Shown here: one piece after another, positions 1 through 9,639 of the stretch
How the letters are laid out: every line of letters starts with the position of its first letter
How positions within the stretch are numbered: the first letter of the stretch is position 1
Source of the DNA: Candidatus Latescibacterota bacterium
GTDB lineage: Bacteria > Latescibacterota > UBA2968 > UBA8231
NCBI GenBank assembly: GCA_965208105.1
Contig: OZ242318.1
Span: 1,024,001 to 1,088,000, forward strand
DNA length: 64,000 bases
Direction: 5' to 3'
Position numbers and translations under genes: made by a program
The notes under the pieces: generated by a model
Told to the model about the DNA's origin: nothing
What the model saw: only the letters and a program-made list of their open reading frames with translations
Database searches by the model: none

Positions 1-179
1 ATCTCACCTTGGATTCACTCAAACCGGGGTACTCCACAGCCGGGAATTTTGGTGGGTTTTGGCTATACTTGGCCTGTTACCAAGAGAATAAATGCAGTTT
101 ATCAAACCAACATAAGCGGCAGGTATTTTCCTTATAGTGATACGGGCCATTTCTCTTTTTCGCTTGGATTCTTCATCCT

Positions 180-1367
180 ATGAAAACTTGCCTATTCCTC
201 CTTCTGGCCTTCCCTGTTTTTGGTGAAAGCTTTCCCCTCTATTTGGGAGCGAGAGGGCAATTCACATTCAGGCAGTCATTGCCAGGTTATAATAACAATG
301 ATTTTTCTCTGGTGCACCGAATGGGCATAGAGGGGGGATCTTATCGCCTGATTGGGAAAAAGGAAATAGTGGGAATAGGCATGGGCGGGACGATTTATAG
401 TGGGCGGAATAGGCAAGGGAATAGATATTGGAGTGTTCCCATTCATGCTGAATTTCAAATTTGGCACATTCCTGCGGAGCGGATCGGGGAAGGGAGATAC
501 TATCGGGCAGGAATCAGAACAACGCGCTTCTTTCAGGGAAGCCGAGGAATTTGGGACTGGGATCGGGTTGATGACGGCAATATCTCTTTAAACATTGGTG
601 GAGGCTATGGTTGGCCCATTGGCTCCTCTTATAATATTCGCTTGGAGGGAAAATTTGGATTTGAGGCCGAAAATTTAAATTTTCAATTAGCCATGAATTT
701 TGGCAGGTGGTGGAATAAAAAAGAAATCCCTCTCCCTTCCTCCCACTCTCCTTCTCCTCCATCCGGCTTGACAGAGGAAGGAAGGGAGAGGAATGAATTG
801 AAGGCCATTCATTCTCCTCCTACTTCTGCCCGGGCAGGCAAAGACGAAGCTTCTTTTTTCTGGGGAGGAATATTTGCCAATAAGCCCGATTACCCTAATA
901 TTTCCCTGCCCTGCACCTGCATAAGTGGCACCATAGGCGCGCAAATAGGGAAATATCGGCCACTCGGAGACAATTGGATGGGAGGACTTTCTTTCATCTT
1001 CATTATTGACCGTTACGGCGATTACTATTACAGGCATGGATGGGATTGGGCTTTCCCTGCAAACTTGAACCTCAGCGCATTGCGCTTTTCTTCTCCCGAA
1101 AAGAGGGGAATTTTTTATAGGTTCGACCTGGGCCTTTCCTACCTACCAGTGTATAAGGGCAAGTGGAGTTTAACCAGGGAAGGCTATTGGGGAATGGGGT
1201 GGAATTGGCTGGTAGGGTTTGGCTATGCATTCTCCAATTCCTACATTTTGCAGGGAAATTTAATCACTCGGCATCATTATTACCTACGTCCCCATACTAC
1301 CTATAAATCTCCGCGTAATCCCTATGCCTATCCCCACATTTTTCTTTCACTCGGCAAATTTTTCTAA
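180..1367 (+). CDS. Hypothetical secreted/outer-membrane beta-barrel-like protein
   Basis: 395-aa ORF with signal-peptide-like N-terminus. Aromatic/Gly-rich alternating strands form two halves split by a Pro/Ser linker, and the protein ends in Phe. GC is lower than in neighbouring genes. Confidence 0.5.
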   Translation: MKTCLFLLLAFPVFGESFPLYLGARGQFTFRQSLPGYNNNDFSLVHRMGIEGGSYRLIGKKEIVGIGMGGTIYSGRNRQGNRYWSVPIHAEFQIWHIPAERIGEGRYYRAGIRTTRFFQGSRGIWDWDRVDDGNISLNIGGGYGWPIGSSYNIRLEGKFGFEAENLNFQLAMNFGRWWNKKEIPLPSSHSPSPPSGLTEEGRERNELKAIHSPPTSARAGKDEASFFWGGIFANKPDYPNISLPCTCISGTIGAQIGKYRPLGDNWMGGLSFIFIIDRYGDYYYRHGWDWAFPANLNLSALRFSSPEKRGIFYRFDLGLSYLPVYKGKWSLTREGYWGMGWNWLVGFGYAFSNSYILQGNLITRHHYYLRPHTTYKSPRNPYAYPHIFLSLGKFF

Positions 1368-1403
1368 TCCTTTTCTACTTCAGCAGCAGCATCTTGCGCT
1401 GCG

Positions 1404-2297
1404 CTATGCAGTAGCCGGGCCTGTATCGCGCAGGCCGGGAGGACGCCAGCGCTCGGTGAGCCTTGGCGCATGTGAGCGCACTGCGATGGAGAGCCGCTCC
1501 AGCCCGTCGACTTCGACGTCGACGCGGTCCCCGTCGTTGATGTTGCAGAGGCCCTCGTGGTGCGTGCCGCAGGCGATCAGGTCGCCGGGCATGAGGGTGA
1601 TGTAGCGGCTGAGCCAGACGATCTGCTCAATGATCGGGTACGCCATCGCCGACGTGCTGTAGTCCTGCTGAAGCTCCTCGTTCAGCCACAGCCGCACCCG
1701 CAGGTCCTGCGGGTCGGCGATCTCGTCTTTGGTGACCAGTGCAGGTCCCATCGGCGCCCAGTCGTCGATCCCCTTGGAGAGGAAGGTGGTGCGCCGCCCC
1801 TGCAGGCCCCGGCAGGACACGTCGATGAAGTTGACGTACCCGAAGACGTGGTCCATGGCGTCTTCCTCGGACACATGCCGCGCCTGCATGCCGATCACGT
1901 AGGCGATCTCCGGCTCCGGCTGATAGGCCGATGCACCTTCCAGGTCGGGAACCTCTATCGTCGTTCCCGTGCCGACGATGCTCGTCGCGCCCTTGTAGAA
2001 GAAATCGAGGATGCCTCTCCGCGCGCCCTCCCGTTCCAGGTAGTTCGAGAACGCGCCGAGGAGATGGCGCGGCCTCGGCAGCGGCGCCTGGATCTGCACG
2101 GAATCCCTGGGTACGCCCTGCTCGCTCTCTGCCAGCTGCTCGAACTGCGGGCGGTACTCGTCGAAGGCTTCGATCACCGCTTCCATGCGCCATTGCGCGG
2201 GCTGCTCAGCCAGGCTGCCCAGCGCCGGACTGAGGTCTACTACCCGGCCATCGCGGAGAAGGCCGGTCCTGGCATCATCGAACAGGACGAGTTTCAT
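1404..2297 (-). CDS. Fumarylacetoacetate hydrolase family protein
   Basis: Motifs FFYK, YQPEPEIAYVIG, GYVNFIDVS, KGIDDWAPMGP, TLMPGDLIACGT. Confidence 0.9.
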   Translation of the reverse strand: MKLVLFDDARTGLLRDGRVVDLSPALGSLAEQPAQWRMEAVIEAFDEYRPQFEQLAESEQGVPRDSVQIQAPLPRPRHLLGAFSNYLEREGARRGILDFFYKGATSIVGTGTTIEVPDLEGASAYQPEPEIAYVIGMQARHVSEEDAMDHVFGYVNFIDVSCRGLQGRRTTFLSKGIDDWAPMGPALVTKDEIADPQDLRVRLWLNEELQQDYSTSAMAYPIIEQIVWLSRYITLMPGDLIACGTHHEGLCNINDGDRVDVEVDGLERLSIAVRSHAPRLTERWRPPGLRDTGPATA

Positions 2298-3271
2298 TCC
2301 TTTCCTCCTCTCGAGATGATGTTCTTCACGGCCCAGCCCGGATCAGGGTCGCCGGCCATCGCCTTCCGGACCTGGGGGCCGGGCGCACCTGCCGTACCCC
2401 ATTGGTCCGCAGTTTCCGGCACCCGTCTCCACACCGCGGGTTCGTGCGTCGCTTCGTCTTCGATGTGCTCTATGTCGCTGGAGAATTCGTTCACGTATCC
2501 GGCCGGATCCTTGTAGTAGCAGAAGATGTTGTTGCCCGGGCCGTGACGCCCCGGTCCCCAGGCGGGTTCCTGCCCCCGGGCACGCAGCTTGGAGACCCCT
2601 TTCATCACGTCGTCCACGTTCGCCATCACGTACGCGACATGGTTGACCGATGCGTGATCTGCGCGGCTGAAGACAACGACGTGATGTCTCCGGCCGCAGC
2701 GCAGGAAGGCCATCTGGTCCTCGATCCAGTCCGAGACCCGGAACCCGAGAAAATCGGTGTAGAACTCCACGATCTGCTCGAACCGCGGAGTGTTGAGACC
2801 CACGTGGCACAGCCGGCGGGGGGCGGCTTTCCTGGCAGACCGGCCGTTCGCGTGTTCGGCCACGCCGGCCGATAGCTCGATGCAGCGGTTCTCCGGATCG
2901 AGAAACCGCAGCCCGTATCCGCCGCCGGGTTCGTCCAGGTCGCCCGGCCGCGCCACGAGGGCAGCTCCCCGCCGTTCGAGCTCGGCTGCCGCCGCGTCGA
3001 CTGCTTCGCGTCCGTCAAGGCTGAAGGCCAGGTGGTGGAGCCCGTTCCGGTCGGCGGGATGCAGGCTGAGAACGTGGTGCCCGGTCGACGCGGCGCGGAG
3101 ATATCGTGCGTGCCGGTCTCCTCCGGCCGATTGGAGTCCCCAGTCCTCCAGGTAGTAGTCGGCGTGGGCCGCGATCGCCGGCGACAGCAACCCCACGTGG
3201 CGGATGTCCGTTATCTTCACCTGCGCGGCTCTCCTGCAGGTTCCCCGGTGGGTGGTCCGCTCATAAGACAT
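2294..3271 (-). CDS. VOC-family extradiol dioxygenase (catechol 2,3-dioxygenase-like)
   Basis: Two VOC repeats with LHHLAF, LCHVGL, RRHHVV, VNHVAY, WGPGRHGPGNNIFCYYKDPAGYVNE. The real start may be the GTG near 3220. Confidence 0.85.
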   Translation of the reverse strand: MSYERTTHRGTCRRAAQVKITDIRHVGLLSPAIAAHADYYLEDWGLQSAGGDRHARYLRAASTGHHVLSLHPADRNGLHHLAFSLDGREAVDAAAAELERRGAALVARPGDLDEPGGGYGLRFLDPENRCIELSAGVAEHANGRSARKAAPRRLCHVGLNTPRFEQIVEFYTDFLGFRVSDWIEDQMAFLRCGRRHHVVVFSRADHASVNHVAYVMANVDDVMKGVSKLRARGQEPAWGPGRHGPGNNIFCYYKDPAGYVNEFSSDIEHIEDEATHEPAVWRRVPETADQWGTAGAPGPQVRKAMAGDPDPGWAVKNIISRGGKE

Positions 3272-3956
3272 TCCTCCGGGTCAACTCGATCTTCAAGTCC
3301 CGCCGGATGTAGATTTCGACGAACTCGCGCAGCCACACGTCCTTGGCCAGCGTGAACCGCTCGATCAGTTTCTGCTCGGGTCTTTCCGTGAGGTAGACGA
3401 TGCGCCACAGGTTGAGAGGCCGCAATTCGTCGCCGTCGACCGAATGCTCGACGTGAAAGAGAGGCTGTCCTTCCCCTGCTCGAAGCAGGTCCCCGTCCTT
3501 GTCGTGGAGTTCCGCCGCACCGATGAAAGTGGCACTCTGCCGCGCAGGGTTGAGGAAGACCTGTTCGAGGACCAATCCATGCTCTGACGGCTTGAGCCAG
3601 AGGCGCTGCCGCGAGCATCGCACGAAGGATTCGGCTCCGTCGGCCGCCGCCTGCCGGCGCCAATAATGGGAGCTGCCCACCGTTACGACGGAAGGAATAT
3701 AGAGATCGGGCCGGAACGCCTTTTTCACCTCCATGTCCCACAACATGGTCCGGGTGAACCCGAGCGGTTCGCTCGTGCGGTAATACCGGGCGAGCACCAG
3801 GTTGATGTCCACCGGAGACAGCTCGATCCGGGTGTTGCCCGGGTCGGTCCAGGCCCGCTCGAACTCTTCTTCATGTTTCAGCCGAGTGACGGTATTCGTC
3901 GCTTCCCCCCGAGCGCAGGCACCCTCCGCTTCGCCGCCAGGTTCAATGGCTCCCAT
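3261..3956 (-). CDS. Hypothetical protein, possibly SRPBCC/AtaL(DUF1857)-like
   Basis: 231-aa ORF overlapping both neighbours as in an operon. LWDMEVKKAFRPDLYIP resembles the DUF1857 N-terminal motif. Confidence 0.55.
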   Translation of the reverse strand: MGAIEPGGEAEGACARGEATNTVTRLKHEEEFERAWTDPGNTRIELSPVDINLVLARYYRTSEPLGFTRTMLWDMEVKKAFRPDLYIPSVVTVGSSHYWRRQAAADGAESFVRCSRQRLWLKPSEHGLVLEQVFLNPARQSATFIGAAELHDKDGDLLRAGEGQPLFHVEHSVDGDELRPLNLWRIVYLTERPEQKLIERFTLAKDVWLREFVEIYIRRDLKIELTRRNVL

Positions 3957-5703
3957 GGCCCGTCTCCGGAACCTTCACGTTGACTGTCACGATATCCGTG
4001 TCGTGGAATTGCTGGTGGCGAACGGAGGACGCGATGTGCCGCAACAGCCGCAGCGAGACTTCCCGCTCCATCAGCACGTCGTCGGGCCGGTCCGCCAGCA
4101 ATCCGATGCGGTCCTGCAGGTTCTCCTTGCCAGCCGAGGCAATGAACTCGAGGACGGCGCCGCCGCTCTCCTTGTGCGCCTTCAGGAGCAGGTGCCGCCG
4201 CTCGCGTCCCTCCCGGCCCTCGTCCTGCTCGATCAGCGTCAGCAAGGTCTCCTCGCTGGCGGCGTCGAGCCGGTCGACCATCTCCGCCCCCCAGCCGTTG
4301 CGGGATGCGAACCCATCGAGGAACTCCCTGATCTTCGGCAGCACGGACATATCGAACTCCACTTCGATCCGGCTGCGGCGGGGCGCCGTCGCTTCCAGAA
4401 ACAGGGTCATGAGGATCGCCAGGATACCCCCGGCTGTTATGCCGTTCCCCAGCAGGCCGCCCCCCAACTCCGCGAGCAGCTCGGGGAACAGAAGATCGTT
4501 CTGGCAGCCGACGCCGACCCAGAAGGCGACGCCCGCGATCAGCGCCTTGCGATGATCGATGCCGCCCTGCACCACCTCCGTCATTCCACGGACGAAGGTC
4601 AGCGCCAGCACGACGGTCAGATAGGCGACGACGACCGGGCTGGGTATCGCCAGTATCATGGCAAGGACCTTGGGCAGGAACGCCAGCACGATCAGCACGC
4701 CGGCGGCAACGATTCCCACCCGGCGCGCCGCGACTCCTGTCAGCTCGACCGTCGGGACGCTGACTCCGATAGTCTGAGTCGGCACGATCCCCGCGATGCC
4801 CGACAGCAGCTTGCCGATGCCGTCCGCGGTCACCGCACCCTCCACCGCCCGGTAGTCCACCGCCCGCGGCCGGCGCCACGACACGCGCTGGATGGCGACC
4901 GCCCCGGTGATCGTCTGGATAGCGCCGATGAGGGCCACGAAGGCGAAGGCAGGCAGGAGCTGCACGAAGGCCGGACCGAGGTCGAGCCCGATTCCCGGCC
5001 AGTTGCCCAGAGGCAAACCGATCCACGGAGCCCGGGCGATCAGGTCGAAGTCATAGAGACCCAACGATCCGCCAATAACCGATCCCGCTATCACCCCGAT
5101 GAGCGGAGCCCACAGACGCAGCGTTGCCCCCGCCTTCAGGGAGATGCCGCCGATGACCAGACCCGTCGCCACGGCGGTGAGCGGCGCGCTGAGGGCCGTG
5201 TCCTGCGGCGCGGCGGCCAGGCGGCTGAATACGACCGGCAGCACGGTCGCGGGTATCAGCATGTTCACGGTACCGACGATGGTCGGTGTGAGAAGCCGCC
5301 TGAACAGGGCCAGCCGCATCGAAATCACGATCGGGACGAGCGACGATGCGACGACGAGGGTGGCGAGCAACGCCGGACCACCCTCGCTGAGCGCGCTGAC
5401 GCAGACCCCGATGTAGGCTCCGGCGGGACCCATGAAGAGCAGGTATCCCGCTCCGACCCGGCTCAGCCTGAACGCCTGCAGGGCCGTGCAGATGCCACTG
5501 ACGGCGACCGCGCCGAACACGGCCCAGGACAGGTATGCATCGCTTCCGCCGCTGGCCCGGATGACGATAGTGGGGATGAAGATGATGCTGGTTATGCCGA
5601 GAACTACAAGCTGCAGGGCGCTGCCCAGGGACACGGGCGCCGGAGGATTCTCGTTCGGTTCGTATTGAACGTTGGAAGCGCTTTGATCGTCGCGGCTGCT
5701 CAC
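3943..5703 (-). CDS. NCS2 (xanthine/uracil permease) transporter with ~150-aa cytoplasmic C-terminal extension
   Basis: Starts YEPNENPP..SLGSALQ, has many TM helices and the NCS2 region ADGIGKLLSGIAG..VELTGVAARRV. Confidence 0.85.
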   Translation of the reverse strand: MSSRDDQSASNVQYEPNENPPAPVSLGSALQLVVLGITSIIFIPTIVIRASGGSDAYLSWAVFGAVAVSGICTALQAFRLSRVGAGYLLFMGPAGAYIGVCVSALSEGGPALLATLVVASSLVPIVISMRLALFRRLLTPTIVGTVNMLIPATVLPVVFSRLAAAPQDTALSAPLTAVATGLVIGGISLKAGATLRLWAPLIGVIAGSVIGGSLGLYDFDLIARAPWIGLPLGNWPGIGLDLGPAFVQLLPAFAFVALIGAIQTITGAVAIQRVSWRRPRAVDYRAVEGAVTADGIGKLLSGIAGIVPTQTIGVSVPTVELTGVAARRVGIVAAGVLIVLAFLPKVLAMILAIPSPVVVAYLTVVLALTFVRGMTEVVQGGIDHRKALIAGVAFWVGVGCQNDLLFPELLAELGGGLLGNGITAGGILAILMTLFLEATAPRRSRIEVEFDMSVLPKIREFLDGFASRNGWGAEMVDRLDAASEETLLTLIEQDEGREGRERRHLLLKAHKESGGAVLEFIASAGKENLQDRIGLLADRPDDVLMEREVSLRLLRHIASSVRHQQFHDTDIVTVNVKVPETGHGSH

Positions 5704-5806
5704 GAGACTCCCCTGGCCGGCCTGCCGTACGCCCGGTGATCCTGTTGCCCTGAGATGTAGCGAATCCCTCTTGGACCCAACGGGGCTGGGCGGTCTGGCA
5801 ACGCGC

Positions 5807-6106
5807 TCAGCCGGGGCGTCCCGTCAACCAGTTCCATGGGCGGACGTGAGACTCTGCGAAGGTGCCCGCCTGGGCGTAGGGACTGCCGGCGACGAATGCC
5901 TGTGCCACCTCGATCGATGGAGCTTCGAGCACGAGGACAAAGCCGGTAACGGTCTGGTCACTCTCGCTGAGCGTCTGCCCGCCATGATGAACGGTCACGT
6001 CGGGATGATGGCTATGATCGTGAAGGTAGGCGGCGAAGGCATCCTGCAACCGAAGCCTTTCCTGTCCCATTTCTGCCTTGTGAGTCGCGGAGACTACGCA
6101 ATACAT
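5807..6106 (-). CDS. YciI family protein
   Basis: 99 aa with GGQTLSE..TGFVLVLEAPS..AQAFVAGSPYAQAGTF..VRPW pattern. RBS AGGAGG upstream. Confidence 0.75.
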   Translation of the reverse strand: MYCVVSATHKAEMGQERLRLQDAFAAYLHDHSHHPDVTVHHGGQTLSESDQTVTGFVLVLEAPSIEVAQAFVAGSPYAQAGTFAESHVRPWNWLTGRPG

Positions 6107-6272
6107 GTGGTACCTCCTTTGCTAACGGGATGATGGTTGAAACCATTTTCACAGGTCAGAGGTGTATTAGAGAAGCGGAAGTGGCGTATGTTCAGGTACA
6201 ATCAAATTATTTTACGATAAAAGCTCCGCAAAATAAGGTAATTTGGTACCAAATGCCGATAAATCAGTGTAA

Positions 6273-8021
6273 TCACCCCTCCTCGTAGACAGCCTCCCCG
6301 CGGTGCAGCCGCTGGGCGATCTGGAGCGTCTGGAGCAGCTCGCGCTGAGTGGGCGCCTTGGCCGCCAGATAACGGGCCGCGGCCACCATCAGAATCCGCT
6401 GCTCGCCGACGTCGCTGCGCTCACCGTACTGGCGGATGGCTGCCTCGAGCATCTGGAAGCTGTGGAACTCGGCGTCCTCTCTCGCCAGGGATTCCGCCAG
6501 CGCGCGGAACAGGGATCCCGGTTCACCGCCCGAGGTCAGATAGCCGTACACCAGCCGCCCGGCTTCATCGACCTGCTGCTGCTGGTTGAGCAGATGGAGG
6601 TATCCCTCCAGTGCCTTGTCATGGCCATCGCCCACCTCTCCCGCTCCGGGTTCAGGCAAGCGTGCCGCCGGAACATTGAGGAAACGGTCGAGGTAGACGC
6701 GCATCGCCCCATGGTATACGCCGCGCAGCATCTCGGCCGACTCGGCTCTCTTCAGCATCTGGTGCAATGCGTTGGCGTAGGAAAAGGTGTGCAGCACCGA
6801 GATCCAGTCGGAGAACTCGTTCTGCACGTGAAACCTGGCGATGCGCAGCGCCGCTGCCTGCGCTACCGCCTCCGCCAGCTGCACCGGGCGCGCGCCCTGC
6901 CCCAGAGCTTCGTTCAGCGCCGCTACGATCGCATGAGGATCGTCCCCTAGAAGCTCCTCCGCGAATCCACTGCCTCGTTTCCACTCCCCTCCCCTGCCTT
7001 CTTCCTGCAGTCGATTCAGCGAGTCGAAGGTCTCGCTCAGCAGCGTCACGAGATCGACCGGAGAGCGCCAGCTGTTCTGCTCTTCGCTGCGCTGCGCCCC
7101 GCTCAGCTGGCGAATAAGGGAGGGCAGGACCTCTGCCGCGTGCTCCCAGCCAATGCGGTCGAGCAGCTCGAATGCCTTGTTGATGAAGTCGATGACATGG
7201 CCGCCGTCGAGGTAGAAGTGGTCGGTCGCCGCCGCCACCATCATCTCGGCCAGGTCGGCCTGGCTCGATGGGCGCTCGATGGCTGCCAGCAAGGTGCGTT
7301 CGGCTCCATCGGCGTTGCGCACTTCGATCAAGTAGCGGAACCACCGTCTCAGCGATGGGTGCGGGATAGCCTTGCTCTCGAGAGGCCGCAAGGGGATTCG
7401 CGGCGGCTGACCGCTGGTGTTCGACGCCACGTGCAGGACCCCCTGGTACAAGGGCGCGATGCGCTCGTCGCCTTCGAGGCGGTCGCTCACGTTGGCCATC
7501 GCCGACAGGATCGTCATGCCATCCGCCCAACCCGAACGCCTCCGGCGCACCCCGTACAGGCCGCTTGTCCGCACGATCTCGTTCGGATCCGCCCCGGCGC
7601 GGATGAGCGCGACGACGGCTTTGGCGACCACCAGCCTGATGTTCTGGTCCATTCCCTCTTCGAGCCGGCGCAGTCCGCGCTCGACCGGGTCGCGCGAGGG
7701 TGCGGAAACATCGATGTATACGCGGCCGTCCTTGACTTCGACCGGGTAGACCGTCGCGTCGTCGGCAAACAGATCGAAGGTGCAACCGCTCTTGAGATCG
7801 AAGCGGGCGTGATGCCAGTGGCAGGTCAGGATGCCGTCCTCGATGGTTCCGCGATGCAAGGGGAACCCCATGTGCGGACAGCGGTTGTCCACCGCGTGCA
7901 GGTCGCCTTCCGAGTAGAATACGACGATCGGCACAGGTCCGCCCGGGACCACGGCCCTCCCCTTGAGCTTGATCTCATCCAGAGATCCCGCGTCCAGCAG
8001 TTTCGTCGCTGAGTTTTCCAT
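6273..8021 (-). CDS. Rieske [2Fe-2S] domain protein fused to a large helical domain
   Basis: N-terminal CPHMG...CHWH Rieske motif followed by ~470 aa of helical sequence with repeated His motifs (GGHVIDF, LHTFSY, EFHSFQ). Confidence 0.85.
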   Translation of the reverse strand: MENSATKLLDAGSLDEIKLKGRAVVPGGPVPIVVFYSEGDLHAVDNRCPHMGFPLHRGTIEDGILTCHWHHARFDLKSGCTFDLFADDATVYPVEVKDGRVYIDVSAPSRDPVERGLRRLEEGMDQNIRLVVAKAVVALIRAGADPNEIVRTSGLYGVRRRRSGWADGMTILSAMANVSDRLEGDERIAPLYQGVLHVASNTSGQPPRIPLRPLESKAIPHPSLRRWFRYLIEVRNADGAERTLLAAIERPSSQADLAEMMVAAATDHFYLDGGHVIDFINKAFELLDRIGWEHAAEVLPSLIRQLSGAQRSEEQNSWRSPVDLVTLLSETFDSLNRLQEEGRGGEWKRGSGFAEELLGDDPHAIVAALNEALGQGARPVQLAEAVAQAAALRIARFHVQNEFSDWISVLHTFSYANALHQMLKRAESAEMLRGVYHGAMRVYLDRFLNVPAARLPEPGAGEVGDGHDKALEGYLHLLNQQQQVDEAGRLVYGYLTSGGEPGSLFRALAESLAREDAEFHSFQMLEAAIRQYGERSDVGEQRILMVAAARYLAAKAPTQRELLQTLQIAQRLHRGEAVYEEG

Positions 8022-8111
8022 GACTATTCCTTTCGCTTGGCCTTCTTCTCCCAGGTCGTTCCCGGTCGCGAAAGCCGATGGGAAAGAGGCTCCCTGATGA
8101 GCCCTGGACAG

Positions 8112-8142
8112 AACCTACAACTTCAAGTATACTTGAAGTCAA
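8112..8142 (-). promoter_or_regulatory. SoxR operator (soxbox) inside a 19-bp-spacer promoter facing the Rieske gene
   Basis: Perfect palindrome ACTTCAAGTATACTTGAAGT at 8120-8139, close to the SoxR consensus CCTCAAGTTAACTTGAGG. Minus strand reads TTGACT-19 bp-TAGGTT. Confidence 0.9.
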
Positions 8143-8152
8143 GGAAATTTTT

Positions 8153-8623
8153 ATGACGGAACTCTCACCCTCCCTGACCATCGGTGAGGTAGCGGCGCGA
8201 AGCGGGGTAGCGACCTCTGCGCTGCGCTTCTACGAGGAGCAGGGACTGATCTCTTCCGAGCGGACCAGTGGCAACCAGCGGCGGTTTCCACGGGCCGTAT
8301 TGCGGCGCGTAGCCGTCATCCGGGCCGCCCAGGCGACCGGCGTAACTCTGCGGGAAATCCGCTCAGCGCTGGATGGGCTTCCCGAAGGGCGCACGCCGAA
8401 CAAAGCGGACTGGGCCAGCATGTCGCGTGGCTGGAGGGACCAGCTCGAGGAGCGAATCGAGGTGCTGGAGAAGTTGAAAGAGGGCCTGACCGGCTGCATA
8501 GGCTGTGGCTGCCTGTCCCTGCGGACGTGCTGGCTGTTCAACCAGGGTGACGAGATAGCATCTCGCGTTGACGGCAGCTTGCTGATGGGAAGACCTGAGC
8601 CGAGGAGCCCATCCTCCAGGTGA
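8153..8623 (+). CDS. soxR: Redox-sensitive transcriptional activator SoxR
   Basis: MerR HTH LTIGEVAARSGVATSALRFYE..RTSGNQRR and the 2Fe-2S motif CIGCGCLSLRTC. Confidence 0.95.
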   Translation: MTELSPSLTIGEVAARSGVATSALRFYEEQGLISSERTSGNQRRFPRAVLRRVAVIRAAQATGVTLREIRSALDGLPEGRTPNKADWASMSRGWRDQLEERIEVLEKLKEGLTGCIGCGCLSLRTCWLFNQGDEIASRVDGSLLMGRPEPRSPSSR

Positions 8624-8886
8624 GGTGCCAATAACACGACTAGGAACGGCTCGGCGGCACCGGCCTGGAGGTCTTCGAACCGTAGATCCTTCCCGGCGAC
8701 TCACCGCTGCGTACAGGGGCGATATCCTGCTGACGAGCCATACGGCCTGGTTTGGCGAAGCTTCGATTTAGGACGCGTGGGTCGAGGCCGAGGAGAGTGT
8801 GATAGGTGCGACAGAAGTTCTCGACGAATAGCTTGACATTCTTCGACGGCAAACTAAGTTTAGCTAAGCTTAAAAGGAGTTGATCC

Positions 8887-9126
8887 ATGCACATCACCAA
8901 TATCCACCAGGCTAAAACGCAGCTCTCCAGACTGATCGAACGGGTACTCCAGGGAGAGGAGATCGTCATCGGTCGAGCTGGCAAGCCGGTGGCCAAACTC
9001 GTTCCCTACGAGCGGTCGGTCCAGCCCCGCCAGGGGGGACAGTGGCGCGGCCAAGTCACGATAGAGGACAACTTCGACGAGTTGCCCGAAGCAATAGCGG
9101 CGGCCTTCAGGGGCGAACAACCGTGA
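8887..9126 (+). CDS. Phd/YefM-type antitoxin
   Basis: NIHQAKTQLSRLIERV..GEEIVIGRAGKPVAKLVP. Upstream TTGACA (8833-8838) and short palindromes. Confidence 0.9.
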   Translation: MHITNIHQAKTQLSRLIERVLQGEEIVIGRAGKPVAKLVPYERSVQPRQGGQWRGQVTIEDNFDELPEAIAAAFRGEQP

Positions 9127-9500
9127 ATCTCCTCCTGGACACCCACGTGCTATTGTGGTGGCTCGACGACCCCACCCTCCTTGCTCCGGCCGCCCGGGTA
9201 GCCATCGGCCAAGGCCGGAACGCGGTTTTCATCAGCGCGGCAGCCGCCTGGGAAATCGCCGTCAAAAAGGCGCTGGGCCGGCTGAAGGCGCCGGACAACC
9301 TGGAAGAGGTCCTGGAGGAAGAACGCTTTCAACCACTGCCCATCACCCTGGCGCACGCCCTGGCCGTGGTCTCCCTGCCCCCGATCCATCAGGACCCCTT
9401 CGATCGCATCCAGGCGGCGCAGGCGAAATTGGAGAATTTTACCCTGGTGACGCGGGACGCACGCCTCAAGCAGTACGGCATTCCCTGTATCGACGCCTGA
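9123..9500 (+). CDS. vapC: VapC PIN-domain toxin
   Basis: GTG start overlapping the antitoxin stop. LLLDTHVLLW..SAAAAWEIAVK..HQDPFDR..LVTRD. Confidence 0.9.
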   Translation: MNLLLDTHVLLWWLDDPTLLAPAARVAIGQGRNAVFISAAAAWEIAVKKALGRLKAPDNLEEVLEEERFQPLPITLAHALAVVSLPPIHQDPFDRIQAAQAKLENFTLVTRDARLKQYGIPCIDA

Positions 9501-9573
9501 ACCTCCTTGATGGGCACGGGGCGCTGTTGTGATGGCTCGACGACCACCACCCTCCTTGCTCCGGCCGGCCGGG
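9498..9573 (+). repeat. Decayed duplicate of the vapC 5' end
   Basis: ctgttgtgatggctcgacgaccaccacctccttgctccggccggccggg matches 9150-9198 ctattgtggtggctcgacgaccccaccctccttgctccggccgcccggg. Confidence 0.8.
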
Positions 9574-9639
9574 GTGCTTGACAAAGCGCCTTTTGGCGGG
9601 TATCTAGTGCGCTGTCAATGACCTGTTTGAGGAGGAACC

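Noticed and set aside
3802-5739. 645-aa plus-strand ORF
   Set aside because: Antisense shadow of the NCS2 permease in GC-rich DNA with no recognisable motifs
8640-8830. Possible gene remnant on the minus strand (YHTLLGLDP)
   Set aside because: Too short and too weak to assign to a family without a search
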